Program-made: the position numbers and the translations under genes | Notes under the pieces: model-generated | What the model saw: only the letters and a program-made list of their open reading frames with translations | The model's database searches: none | Told to the model about the DNA's origin: nothing | Shown: piece after piece, positions 13,901 to 24,998 of the stretch | Numbering within the stretch: the stretch's first letter is position 1 | Layout: the number at the start of each line of letters is the position of its first letter | Assembly: GCF_964355755.1 (NCBI RefSeq) | Contig: NC_092677.1 | Span: forward strand, 6,966,101-7,030,100 | Length of the DNA stretch: 64,000 nucleotides | Direction: 5' to 3' | Origin: Antedon mediterranea | Lineage: Eukaryota; Animalia; Echinodermata

Positions 13901-14447
13901 TTTGTATACATTTTAAAGATGTCATCATAGTAAAAAATTATAATTCATTTCGGTATGTAATAATCTATTTGCATCAAAGTGGTTACTGCATAGTAAATAC
14001 ACGGAGGAATTTTTCTACAACTTTTAGTCAGTTGTGTACGGCTTGGTGGTCTGTGCTCGTGTCTATGGCATTCAAGGTACCGAGATCGAGTCTCACCTTG
14101 GGAAACGAAATAAGATTTTTTTTTTATTATCCGTATTGTTTGTTCAAATTTATTTCTTAGTGTATAGATTATACACATGATTTATAATGAAATCTAGATA
14201 AAAATTAACTTATGTCTTTATTATTATGTAACAACAAATGTGGTTTATGACATTATACGCATATGGATCTTTGATCGGATTGTGATACCGGCTATGGTGT
14301 TCGCGTTAGCAAGGTCCTATCATATATTATAAATAATTAAAGATTCTGAGAAAATCAATCAATCAATATATCTTTAAAAAATCAATTATCTTTATTTAAA
14401 TCAATGCATATAACCTATAATTCGTCATAGTGCCGAATTAAATCTAG
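10938..14447 (+). mobile_element. Head-to-tail tandem of a non-autonomous Helentron/HINE (DINE-1-like) element, two ~1.4-kb units
   Basis: 5' subTIR TAGGTTATATGCATT (10938-10952) with adjacent inverted copy (10956-10968); 3' subTIR AATGCATATAACCTA (12987-13001; 14403-14417) followed by hairpin TAATTCGTCA-TAG-TGACGAATTA and CTAG|TT (13028-13031; 14444-14447). Units ~10990-13031 and 13032-14447 align throughout. Confidence 0.8.
11560..12177. mobile_element. Non-autonomous TTAA-target DNA transposon (Kolobok-type ends) nested in Helentron unit 1
   Basis: TTAA at 11556-11559 and 12178-12181; imperfect TIR AGACCCCTTCCCTGC / GTAGGGAATGGGGCT (12/15); AG...CT termini. Unit 2 shows the empty site with a single TTAA (~13596). 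Confidence 0.85.
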
Positions 14448-14808
14448 TTTATTTAGATTTACATTTATTTCTATATGAATAAATTTTTTTTATAATTTTT
14501 AATTTGTTTGTTAACTCATGCATATCATTATCAACTCGTGTCACTTTATTTGAGAGAAAGTAATAAATAAATACATTAGAATAATCCAATTAATATTCAT
14601 GTTTGCAGGAAAATGTAAAAATATATAAATCAATAAATTAAACAATGCATATTAAACACAATACAAAATACAAACAGGCAATCAAATATTTTCACACCAT
14701 GTAAACACAACAAACCAAATATGAAAAACAAGTGTGTTATTGATTACCACTAGACCTAGTGAAAAGTGATTATTTTAAAAAAAAACTGTCAAGATTCATT
14801 ATAATGAT

Positions 14809-14981
14809 ACAGCAGAAACCATCATTGGGGACATCCCTTTTCAGGGATATTTCCCATGAATCAAACAAGAATCAAACAAGGGCAATACTGCTTCAACAAT
14901 ATGGCCATTCATGTCTGGGACATCCCAAATAACGTGAATACTATGTTGTGTCATGAAAGTATCCACTGAGAGGTTCTACTG
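14809..14981. mobile_element. Tc1/mariner-pogo-like MITE (CAGT...ACTG family); related copies ~19137-19382 and ~54157-54361
   Basis: Ends TACAGCAGAAACC... and ...GAGAGGTTCTACTGTA; internal GGGACA(C/T)C motifs are shared with the other copies. Confidence 0.55.
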
Positions 14982-15131
14982 TAATAACATCATCCGCAGG
15001 CAAGGATCATCTTCATTCAAGACATCAAAGAGGTGCCATAGCATCACAATGTACATCCACACTGAGATGCTTCAAGATCCTGGAGAGAATCACATACTGA
15101 CACACATTACATTTCACTATTGTAATTGTGA

Positions 15132-15272
15132 AAAGTCTGCAACTATCAAACTAGTTTTACAAAAAAATGTGTAATGTGCCCAAATATAGTAGTGATATGA
15201 CATTATCGTGTCCATGATATATGGGCACCTCACATTTTGTCACATAAAGTTTTATTGTGTAGATAGAACTTT
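15132..15272. mobile_element. Recurrent ~130-bp MITE family (representative copy); others ~18321-18453, 22625-22731, 28758-28873, 28922-28997, 29634-29715, 40710-40825, 54370-54496
   Basis: Shared ends AGCTCTGTCTACACTATCAAACT / AGTTTGATAGTGTAGACAGAGCT and core TGTGCCCATATATGGACA...CACTACCATATTTGGGCACA; frequent TAA/TTA flanks suggest PIF/Harbinger. Confidence 0.8.
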
Positions 15273-15452
15273 ATTTTAAATACAAATAAAAATTCAATGA
15301 TACATTTTCTTTTCTTTTATATTGCAGATATTATTGACTTTAAAGGATTTGACATGATGGGCCTCCAATTTGTTAAATACTTTATGATTACATATTGTAA
15401 GGAGCTTTATTAGCTGGTAGTTATCTAAAACAATTTGACCATAGAATAAACC

Positions 15453-18400
15453 ATGTCCTCGCCGAGTGGACGCAAATTTAGCATGCGTTTAGAGCAGACC
15501 ATTTACAAGCACTCTCCACACAAATTAAAGCGATCCTTGTGGTATGATTATACGATAGTGACGATAAAGACGTTGGGACTCATATTATTCTATTACTGTT
15601 GGTCAATCAGCCTAACATTCTACAATAAATGGATACTATCAGTAAGTTAATCATTTATCAAAGACTAGTCAATATATTCATTTATTCATCAACAATTCAG
15701 TAATTATTTATTTCATAATTTTTAATTTTACACCCCAACTTCCTACAGTATGGCAGAATCTCTTTTAAATAAGATGTATTTTTTTTTAATCATGTATTTT
15801 GTGTGTATCCTTTGATCCAATTTGAGTGGTATTAATGCACTTGTCAATTGTATGACCCACTATACGACCCCCGGGAGAGGTGCGTCATGGGTGCGTCATT
15901 TACAAATAATTACTGACACAGGGGTGCGTCAAAAAACCTAGATGGTACGTCACATCAATGAACAAGGTGTGTCAATGTCCGTCACTTTACCACCTACCAT
16001 ATCATAAACAACATGGTCACAGTGCGTCAAAATGGGTGCGTCATGGTCACCTAAAGGTAAGTCACCTTTTTGACGCACGGGTGCGTCATGGTATTCAAAA
16101 GTATGACGCACATCGGACAAATGACGCACCTCTCCCGGGGGTCGTATAGTGGGTCATACAATTGACAAGTGCATAATGTTGTATTTTGGTTTTTTTTATA
16201 ATAAACAGCAATAGGCTAAGTGTCATTTAATGGTTTTATTCATTGTACATTCAACTTAAGTATGTAAATATTTTGGTAATTTTGTGCCATGCAAGGTTGG
16301 TGACTGTTCGTGTTCAATGAGTAACCTCTAGTGTGTGCTGAACAGGGGTGTCCCATTTTCTTCTGTATTGCAATATTAGGGAGCTTTCGAGTTGCATAAC
16401 TACAGTAGGTCAGGTCATTTGATGGTTGCCGCTTGAACCTAGAAACTATCAAAACTGCATCAAGGTGGTGGGGAGCGAGAAAACATGATATCTCTGCATC
16501 CGCGTTCGCACAGTGAATCAACTTTACGTAGCTTGGTCGTCGGTTCTTGCAACTCAAAAGCTCCAATAAGGCTATAGAATCCTGACACATGACATCTGCT
16601 TGTACTACTTTTACAAGGCACTAAAATATTCTCCTCGTTCAACTTTTAACCATTCATTACTTTTATTTGTAACACTTTTTTCTTTGCAGGACTTCAGTTT
16701 TCCATTGACTGTAACTATTATTCATTTCTTTGTCAAATTTTTAATTTCCATTCCTGTGCGAGCATGTTTAGCGAAGTCAGGAGGCCCTGCGCCTGTCACG
16801 TTGGATTGGAACACATACATTAAAAAAGTCGCACCAACCGGTTAGTTCATTAGTAATTTCTTTTAAATAAGGATGTACATTAACACTTCCATTCAGGAGA
16901 CGTCCTATTAAGGAAAGTGTTGTAACGTAGAGGTTTAGGGCTCTTAATAGCCCTCCCAACACTGGGAACACCTGCCGTTTTTAGCCGTTTGCGACACTTT
17001 TTAAATCCCAATGTTTCCTTTTTTAGGTTGAGTGGCTACTATTATTTTAAAAAATAAAAATGAAATTAATGTTTTTTATTGTATTCAAAATACATTCAGT
17101 AAAACCACTACTTTGGGACAACCCCCCTATTTAGGGACACTTTCCTGTGGAATCAAGAAGGGGCAATATATGTGTTAACAGAACAGCCAACACCTATTTA
17201 GAGGACATGGAAAGGGTATTGCTAAACACCGCAAACCCCCGCAAACCTCCAAAAAAACATAGCAAACCCCACCGAACCAACATAAAAGTGATTGAATCAT
17301 GTAGTGTACAACCCACTGGGTATATTCATGTAAAAAAAAAAATTAAATTTCTACTGTTAACAACTTATTTTTGGGGTAAAACATCATTTTTTGGTCAAAA
17401 ATGATTGCTAAACCCCGCAAACCTCCAAAAAACCATAACCAGGAAACCACGAAATGCTAAAGATGTCCTACTGTATATAAGAAAGAAGAAGAGTTTCGAC
17501 AGTGGTTCACACATGGTGTATCAAAATGACAGGAAATTGTACTAGGAAGGATTTAAACTACATTTGAAAAATATCTTTCTTTTTCAGCTTTGGCTAGTTC
17601 ATTGGATATAGGCCTTTCCAACTGGAGTTTGGTATTCATCACTATATCACTGTACACCATGTCTAAATCATCTTGCATTGTATTTCTCCTGTTTTTTGCA
17701 ATCGTGCTTGGTCTTGAGAAACCGGTAAATCTACTACTTCTTAGAAAAAACCGTTGTTTTATGCATTCAGTAGTCAGAAATTCATAAAATACCACATAAA
17801 ATGTAAAACTATAACTTCGTAATAAAATATGAATAACTTGTACTAATCAAAATATCTTCCTTTTTATATGAATATGTTTTGACCGACAATGTCTATGTTT
17901 ATAAAAATGTATGCATTGTTTAATATATAAAGTAATGTTTTGCTATTTTCGGCATTTGGCATGTCTGACATACCCAATGTTGTTTAATCGCACCCTCTTT
18001 AGTTTGACATTCATTTTTCCAAGTAGAGATCTCTGGATAGTTTAAATAAATTCCGTTTTTGTTTTACAGAAACTTATCCAAGGGGTAATCATAATATTTA
18101 TAGCAATTGGTCTTTTTATGTTCACTTACCAGTCAACCCAGTTTAACTTAGAAGGATTCATTTTGGTGATGTTAGCATCCTTTATTAGCGGTGTACGCTG
18201 GTCCTTAGCGCAGTTATTAACGCAGAATAAAGAAACTGGTAAGTTCTATATTTGTTTTTAAAATGGTTTTAGTATTTCCAAATTTAGAAATCAAACCAAG
18301 ATATAAGGTTATGAATCCTTGAGCTCATGACTACATTATCAAACTAGTTTGACAAAAAATATGTGATGTGTCCAAATATGGTAGTGATATTATGTCATCC

Positions 18401-20448
18401 AGTCCATATATGGGCACATCACATTTTTTCACATAAGGTTTTTAGATAGAGCTATAGTCACTGATATACTATCTTAAATGTCAAATATATTTTACCTTAT
18501 CAATCAAATTGACAAAATACAGCCTACCTGATTGTTTAATGTAATGCCTAGCCTACTACTAGACAAATTTTCATACACCTAATTTTTTAATACCGGTTGG
18601 GAGCCATCTATTCCGGTATATTATGCTTGTATAACCGTATTCGGGAGAACACTGTACTATAAGATACATTGACTACAAAAGTAATACTGGTAGTGATACA
18701 AACTATAGATATTATGGAAAATCTTAAATTAATTTTTGGGGAAGTATAAAAGATCGGTTTAGATTTTAGTCATATTACAACCTTACCAGGGCTTCAGCAT
18801 CTAACCATTTGGATTGACCATAGGTGTTACCACCACTGGTGTTTTGTAACCAAAGTTATCTGATATTTTCAATCAATACAAAGTAGAGACTTTGTATACA
18901 TCTATAGAGATATTATGTTGTTCACTACAATATCTCTAACAACATTCTGTAAATATGGCGTGTATTTTAATCTTTTTAGGATTAGTAAATCCGGTAGATA
19001 CAATATATCACCTTCAACCTATAATGATTGTGGGTTTGTTACCAATAGCAATAGTAACAGAAGGTATGTATAGATAAAAAGGATACTCAATATGTATGTA
19101 AACTTATAAGAAGAAACAATACTACAAGATGAAACTACAGTAATATCATTTGATGGCACGGCTGCTGTGTAAAGACTTCACGCTTACACGTAGAAGAACT
19201 TTGGGACACCACTATTAAGTGGACAAACAAGCGGCAATATAGGCTAGGTTTTAACACAGAGAACATCCTTATTAAGGGGGATATGATACTGTCCCATGAA
19301 CCAGATAAGGTTAAACACACTGCGCTAACACCTATTCCTGGGTTAGGGTCTAAAAGGTGTCCCCTCCTAGGGGTTCAACTGTATTTGTTGTGTTTAATGG
19401 ACAGCATGAGATAAACATAATCTTCTTTGCCACTGTGATTTTAAGGAAAACATGCTAACCACCATTTTGTGCTTTTCCACTGTCAAATCATTGTATTTTC
19501 GTTTCTTATTAAAGGTTTACCAATATCAACAACAAAACAATTCCTAGGCTTCACCGACAGTGAGTTGTTCTTGACTATGTGCTTTAGGATTGGTCTTGGT
19601 GCTGTCTTAGCGTTTTTCTTAGCCTGCTCAGAATATTTACTGGTTTCAATGACCTCATGTATAACATTATCTATTTCTGGTATATTTAAGGTAGGTAAAA
19701 TTAGGTGTTGCGTTGAGTGGAACCGGTGAATAAAAAGCAAGCTATGTAGATTATTTAGACCGAATGGTATCCAAACTGAAAAGTGCTTTTTGGTGTAAAT
19801 TTTTGTAAATTGTGAAAATTTGTATGTATTCTATAAAGGTGCAGAGGGGAAAAGTAGGAAGGGGCATCGGTGATGTTATATGGTTGGTGAACTGTAGCCA
19901 TGGTGCATGTAATGGCTATGAGCCTTCGGCCTGATCAGAGTTGGTTGGGACACATGATTACTTTAGGTGAATGATGCAGATGAGATAAATATTTAGGTTT
20001 GTGAAAATAAAGGCTTGATTTTTTAATTTGTAGGAAGTGTGTACATTATTTTTAGCAGTTCATTTTCGAGGAGATAAAATGTCCACCCTTAATAAATTTG
20101 GAATGGTTGTGTGTTTGATGGGAATCGTCGTACACGTAGGAATGAAGGCATTAGCTTCAAAAGGTAAATTGCAATAAAATAATAATACAACTAAAAATAA
20201 CAATGATAAAATCTAAACATAAAGGGCTGTCAGAAAGAGGAGTTCGCAATATCCCCAACTACAAAAATTTAATTTATTATAATCCGAATTCTAAAATACT
20301 TTTGTTTTCGTCAACAGGTAAAAAGAAACCAAAATTGTATAAGGAAGAGAGAAACGGAGAATCTGTCCAAATGCTACTGAGAGAGGGCGATCCAAATGAG
20401 AGTGCTAGCGATGAGGATGAAATATATAATCGCAATACGAATCAATGA
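15453..20448 (+). CDS. SLC35C2: Solute carrier family 35 member C2 (nucleotide-sugar transporter family), 8 coding exons, ~388 aa
   Basis: Exons 15453-15641, 16690-16840, 17588-17724, 18070-18238, 18980-19063, 19515-19690, 20034-20163, 20318-20448 (1167 nt, GT-AG, in phase). Motifs [61 protein letters not shown]. Confidence 0.93.
15836..16173. mobile_element. PIF/Harbinger-type MITE, 53-bp perfect TIR, TAA TSD
   Basis: 15836-15888 is the exact reverse complement of 16121-16173; TAA at 15833-15835 and 16174-16176. Confidence 0.9.
16284..16597 (+). ncRNA. Candidate structured intronic RNA of unknown class
   Basis: Long imperfect helix between ~16361-16414 and ~16532-16579, with end-pairing and a possible 5' pseudoknot; GC-richer than flanking intron. 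No recognised family motif. Confidence 0.35.
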
Positions 20449-20705
20449 TATTAGGTGCAGGAGTAGTGGTTAGTGCAGTTTAAAAAAAATACACTGGATT
20501 TTGAGACAGATTTAATGACCAGTTGCTTGCATAGCATATTGAATTTATCTCTACCTCACAGTTATTTCCACAATTCAGTGTACTGTATCTTAATCTGTTC
20601 AGTATCTAGGAAAGATCTCGGATACACCATACCATGTTTGTCACAAGTTACAGCTGTATCAGGAATATTTTATAATTATAAAAATGTCATATTTGACAAT
20701 GTACT

Positions 20706-20829
20706 TAGGAAAGGTCTGTGTTACAGTATAACCTGTGACACTGTATTTAGGAAGGTCTGTGTTACAGTATAACCTGTGACACTGTATTTAGGAAGGTCTG
20801 TGTTACAGTATAACCTGTGACACTGTATT
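20706..20829 (+). repeat. Tandem repeat, 41-bp unit x3, in the SLC35C2 3' region
   Basis: TAGGAAGGTCTGTGTTACAGTATAACCTGTGACACTGTATT repeated three times. Confidence 0.93.
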
Positions 20830-21147
20830 TATAAATTTGCCAATGGTACTGAAAAAGTTCTGTATCAGAAGAATTATTTTATTTGTTAGGTTTGGGTTAA
20901 AACAATGTCACTTGACACAGAATTTTGGAATTAATATGACATACATTTGAAGAATTGGTAATTATAGGTAATATATTAATTTTGTATTGCCTAAAAATGT
21001 TAAATTCTTTCCTTTAAAGAGAATTTATGTCATGATTTTAGGTAAACCGTAATTGCATATGTTGCCTATTACTTTTAGTATACATGTCTTAATTATTTTT
21101 ATATAACTCTTTCAATTCTGTTTATATTGTCCTCTTGTTGCTTTGTT

Positions 21148-21468
21148 TAAGGTGAATATACCAACTCGTACTCGCAGCAAGTGTTTGCTTCACGTTCCTT
21201 GTGGTCGTGTTGAATGTACAAAACGAGGTATTTTTCAGCGGTTACCCAACACATTTAATAGTGTGCTTGTTACTGGTTTGGATATTGATTTATTTTATGA
21301 TGTTTAAATGTATTTAAGGGTAAAATTGTTAAATCTCTGTAATGTTCCAATCTTTGTTTATGTTATTGTTGCTTATTTGAATTAATTATTATAGTTTATT
21401 AAGTTTAGATTCAACCTGTTAGTGGCAGTTTCATCGCTGTTGGTTGTCAACTGAATAAAATAAATAAA
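21148..21468 (+). mobile_element. 3' fragment of a non-LTR retrotransposon (CR1/Jockey-like)
   Basis: Reading VNIPTRTRSKCLLHVPCGRVECTKRGIFQRLPNTFNSVLVTGLDIDLF resembles LINE ORF2 C-termini; ends in an (ATAA)n tail. Confidence 0.55.
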
Positions 21469-21964
21469 TTTGTGGGAAGGGAGGGGGAAAAATTTGGGTG
21501 GTAATTGGTAAATGACCTACTGTTTGCAATACCAACAATAATATTTATTATCACAAACCTTACGCGAGACTTCATTCATTATTCTTCCTTGAGGAAGTTA
21601 AGCATTACAGTTACAGAATGCGGATTGTATTATACCTAAATGATATATTACAGTACAGTATTTATAAATCCAAAGGCAAATTACTGAAAAATGACAATGC
21701 TGTAGGTATCAGTGGCTGGATCCCAATAGAGATACAAAAAAAAAGCGAAAAGCTAAATCAAAACAAAGTAAAACAGCCAGAAAAATTAGCAGAGCTTTCG
21801 GGCAACACTAGCCCTTCATCAGTGCAAGTGACAGTATTTATACATGTTTGTTGTGTTTTTAAATATTTAAAAGGCATTAAATAATTAATATTTTCACAAT
21901 GTTCTTTTCAAAATACATTTTACTAACTCAAATTGTAATCAAGCCCTTAGCCAAGCTCCGCAGT

Positions 21965-22242
21965 TTAAATGCACCAAGGCACACATTGTACAAAACGCAG
22001 GTGCACTGGTGCACTAGATGATGTGAAAGCAGTGTTTTACTGAATGGTTTAAACACAACAAGGCACACATACAAAACGCTGGTGCTCTGGTTGGTGTCAA
22101 AGCACCAAGGCAAACATACAAAACGCTGGTGCTCTGGTTGATGTCAAAGCGGTGTTTACTGAAGGGTTTAAACACACCAAGGTGCACATAAAAAACGCTG
22201 GTGCTTTGGTTGATGTGAAAGCGGTGTTTTACTGTAGGGTTT
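21965..22242. repeat. Degenerate tandem repeat (minisatellite), ~4 units
   Basis: Recurring CACCAAGGCACACATACAAAACGCTGGTGCTCTGGTTGATGTCAAAGCGGTGTTTTACTGAAGGGTTTAAA variants. Confidence 0.8.
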
Positions 22243-23071
22243 GTATGTACTGATCTTTAAAGTTTTCAATATCTATTCATTTGACAAATCTTTTATTTGT
22301 ACAATTTAAATGAACACCACTGATATATTATTATTAATGTACTTTTTATTTGTTGTATATAAACTTGCTATTTGTTGAATAAAAATTATATTTGTTGGGT
22401 TAAGGTTAATATTGTGATGACAATTTATATTTATACACATACAAATAAATTAAAATCATGAAAAGGTAAATGTTCATTTGTTTTATTAATAATTAATAGT
22501 AGCAGTCAAGCATAGGTATACAGTCGACAAGACTCTCCGAAAAGCAGACTTTTCTTGAAGTCTAAAAAGTCTCATATCATTTTACCATTAGAAGGTACAT
22601 TTAGAATAACAGAGTTTCAGGATATCCTGTCTATACTATCAAACTTTATGTGACAAAAAATGTGATTGACATGACATCATATCACTACCATATTTGAGCA
22701 CATCACACTAGTTTGATAGTGTAGTCAGCTTTACTTATTAGGCCAGGCCATGATGGGTGCCCAGTTTTCAGAGTTGACTGTAAAACTCAAAGCAAACTAA
22801 CATGTCTCAAACAAGACATAAAAATGAATGTTTACAGTACATAAAATTAAATATAAAATTCATTTTCATCCTTGAAGAAATGAGTCATCATTTTTTTAAT
22901 TTTATTTACCCACTAATAAAGCTAGTATAATTACTTTAGAATTGCACATTTGTATTTGTTTTAATTATTACAGTAGATCTCAAGAGGTTCTTTTTTAACA
23001 AATTCAGCAAAAATCATAAGAAAGCGTATTCTAATAATATTATAGTGTTTAATAGTTCTATTTGAAAGGTT

Positions 23072-24103
23072 TTAATCCCAGCTTGCAACACGTTTTTCTT
23101 CAGGTAGAACTTTCCAGTTTGGAGAACGCTTATCACTCGCCAGCCAATTGAAATCATCTACATCATCCCAGCTATTCTTGCTGCGATCCAATCCAGATAC
23201 AGCAAAATCAGCGTCAATTCCATCATAAGTCCAATTGTACGGAGCAAATTCAACACCGGACGTATCTTCTATAATTGCACGACTGGTTACATGTAGATAA
23301 AATTTACATGATTTTGTTGTGTGAACACGGAGCTGTTGACACGACAAAACAAACGTGCAATCTGTGCAGTCTGCGACAAATATCGAGCCTGATATTGGTC
23401 CGCAGAAGATGGTACAACCGGTAAGCTTATCTATATGCGCTGCACTTGGTGTACCTCTTAGAAATACTTTGCAGTTCACGAGTTTTGAAAGCCCAATGTC
23501 ATTGGAATTTATTTGATCAGAACCCATTTCTAAAACCAGAGATGAACAATCTCGGAAACCTATAGTTTCTTCTTTCTTTTGTTCTACTAACTGAACAAGT
23601 TTATTATTTTCATTTTTTACAGCGGGTTTGTCCTCTACTTTTGTGTCCTTTTTCTTCGATTTACTAAAAGTGAACTTCTTTTTGGGTTTTAATTCACTTC
23701 TCTTATCAGAGACTGCAGCATTTAGTTCATTTACTGTATCCTGCGCATGTTTTCTGTCGTAGGAAGGAAGAAATATCGTTGAATCGGTAATATACTTCTG
23801 AAACTTTTGCAGATCACCTGTAATATCATCAAAGTGATTATTCAAATCATCCGGGCCAATCGTGTTTGACCTGTCAATCTTCAGTTGTATTCCCTGCTTC
23901 TCCGTGTTGAAGGTGGATGTGAAAATTGCTACAGATTCGTCTTTTGACGAAGCTTGTTCGCGCTCCGTTCGACGTTTCTCCATATTCGCCAAACGTTGTT
24001 CATGTCTCTTCATCATTTTTTCTTTCAATTTATCCTTCATTTCATCTTCATTTACTTGTTTTATTTCTGGTACATTCTCGATTACACTACCGTGATCTGC
24101 CAT
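23072..24103 (-). CDS. TBCC: Tubulin-specific chaperone C, single exon, 343 aa
   Basis: Uninterrupted ORF; N-terminal helical domain (FLPSYD, LKPKKKFTF) and C-CAP/cofactor C domain (CQQLRVH, SRAIIED, FAPYNW, WDDVDDFNWL, SPNW). Confidence 0.97.
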   Translation of the reverse strand: MADHGSVIENVPEIKQVNEDEMKDKLKEKMMKRHEQRLANMEKRRTEREQASSKDESVAIFTSTFNTEKQGIQLKIDRSNTIGPDDLNNHFDDITGDLQKFQKYITDSTIFLPSYDRKHAQDTVNELNAAVSDKRSELKPKKKFTFSKSKKKDTKVEDKPAVKNENNKLVQLVEQKKEETIGFRDCSSLVLEMGSDQINSNDIGLSKLVNCKVFLRGTPSAAHIDKLTGCTIFCGPISGSIFVADCTDCTFVLSCQQLRVHTTKSCKFYLHVTSRAIIEDTSGVEFAPYNWTYDGIDADFAVSGLDRSKNSWDDVDDFNWLASDKRSPNWKVLPEEKRVASWD

Positions 24104-24814
24104 TTTTATTGTCTGCTGCCACCAAAGTTAAAACTTTGATGTTTTTGAACTCCTGGAGAAGCACGTGATAGAACCAATGAAAGATCACATGATCATGATA
24201 AAAAATAGAAAACAAAACATCATCATGTTGCACGTTGTGAGGAGGTCTCATCTCATCAAGGAGTTATAAAAACTCCCTTTCTGGCCTCATTAAACGTTAA
24301 AACGTATGATTATAAGCATAAGATGATGATATAACGAATTTTATATACGATTTAAAAAGTCATTCACCTCCTAAAACTCTTACACGATATATTCACGTGA
24401 TCTGGTTTGATTGGTTGTTGCTGAATCCTGATTCTGTGGTTGATGAGCGAGGTCAAGAGGGTTGAATGTATTGTGTTATGAATGATTATGATGATCTTTG
24501 ATTTTTGCAAAGTCAGGCCGTGATAGTAGGCCCATATGTTATGTTCTTGTAGTAGAAGTACTGTATCGTACTTTAATACTGTATAATAACAGTTATCTGT
24601 CTGTATGACTAGTGATTGTGTTATGTATGTGCTTAGTAGGCCTTTTCACTAGTTAACACAGACTGACTGACAGTAGTAGTACTAGGCCTAGTAAGTAGAA
24701 CCTAGCCTATTATTATTAAATTAGAGAGGGCAGCCTATTATTAATTAAGGGTAGGCCTAGCTTAGTATGTACTGTGTATTAAAGAAGTAGGCTTGTCTTA
24801 GGCCAGGGTAGGAC

Positions 24815-24838
24815 CATGGAGGTATAAATACCTCCATG
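24815..24838. mobile_element. 24-bp palindromic transposon remnant with 7-bp TSD
   Basis: CATGGAGGTAT-AA-ATACCTCCATG flanked by GTAGGAC at 24808-24814 and 24839-24845. Confidence 0.7.
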
Positions 24839-24998
24839 GTAGGACCAAGAACCACACCGGTAGAAACTACTTGACCTAGTTACTAACTTACGCGGAATTA
24901 TGTAATACATTAAGGGTAAAAAGAAGCAGCTTTTTCTTTAATGGTAAAAACATTTATCTCCACAGATCCAGGTGGTTTAACGAAAGCAATCAACAAAT

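Noticed and set aside
12566-14178. Duplicated small ORFs MCIIYTLRNKFEQ...
   Set aside because: They lie in the repeat units and diverge by a frameshift; chance ORFs.
10938-14447. Assembly artefact (false duplication)
   Set aside because: The units differ by many substitutions and a clean TTAA insertion, and the junction falls exactly at the element's CTAG end. Long reads would still be the decisive test.
16284-16597. Identification as SRP RNA, 7SK, telomerase RNA or HDV-like ribozyme
   Set aside because: No SRP helix-8 motif, no 7SK GAUC repeats, no CUAACCCU template and no HDV L3 consensus; kept only as an unclassified candidate.
19864-19977. C/D snoRNA in an SLC35C2 intron (GCATC...GTGATGT...CTGA...ATGATGC)
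   Set aside because: Boxes C and D are both imperfect and I could not identify an rRNA or snRNA target.
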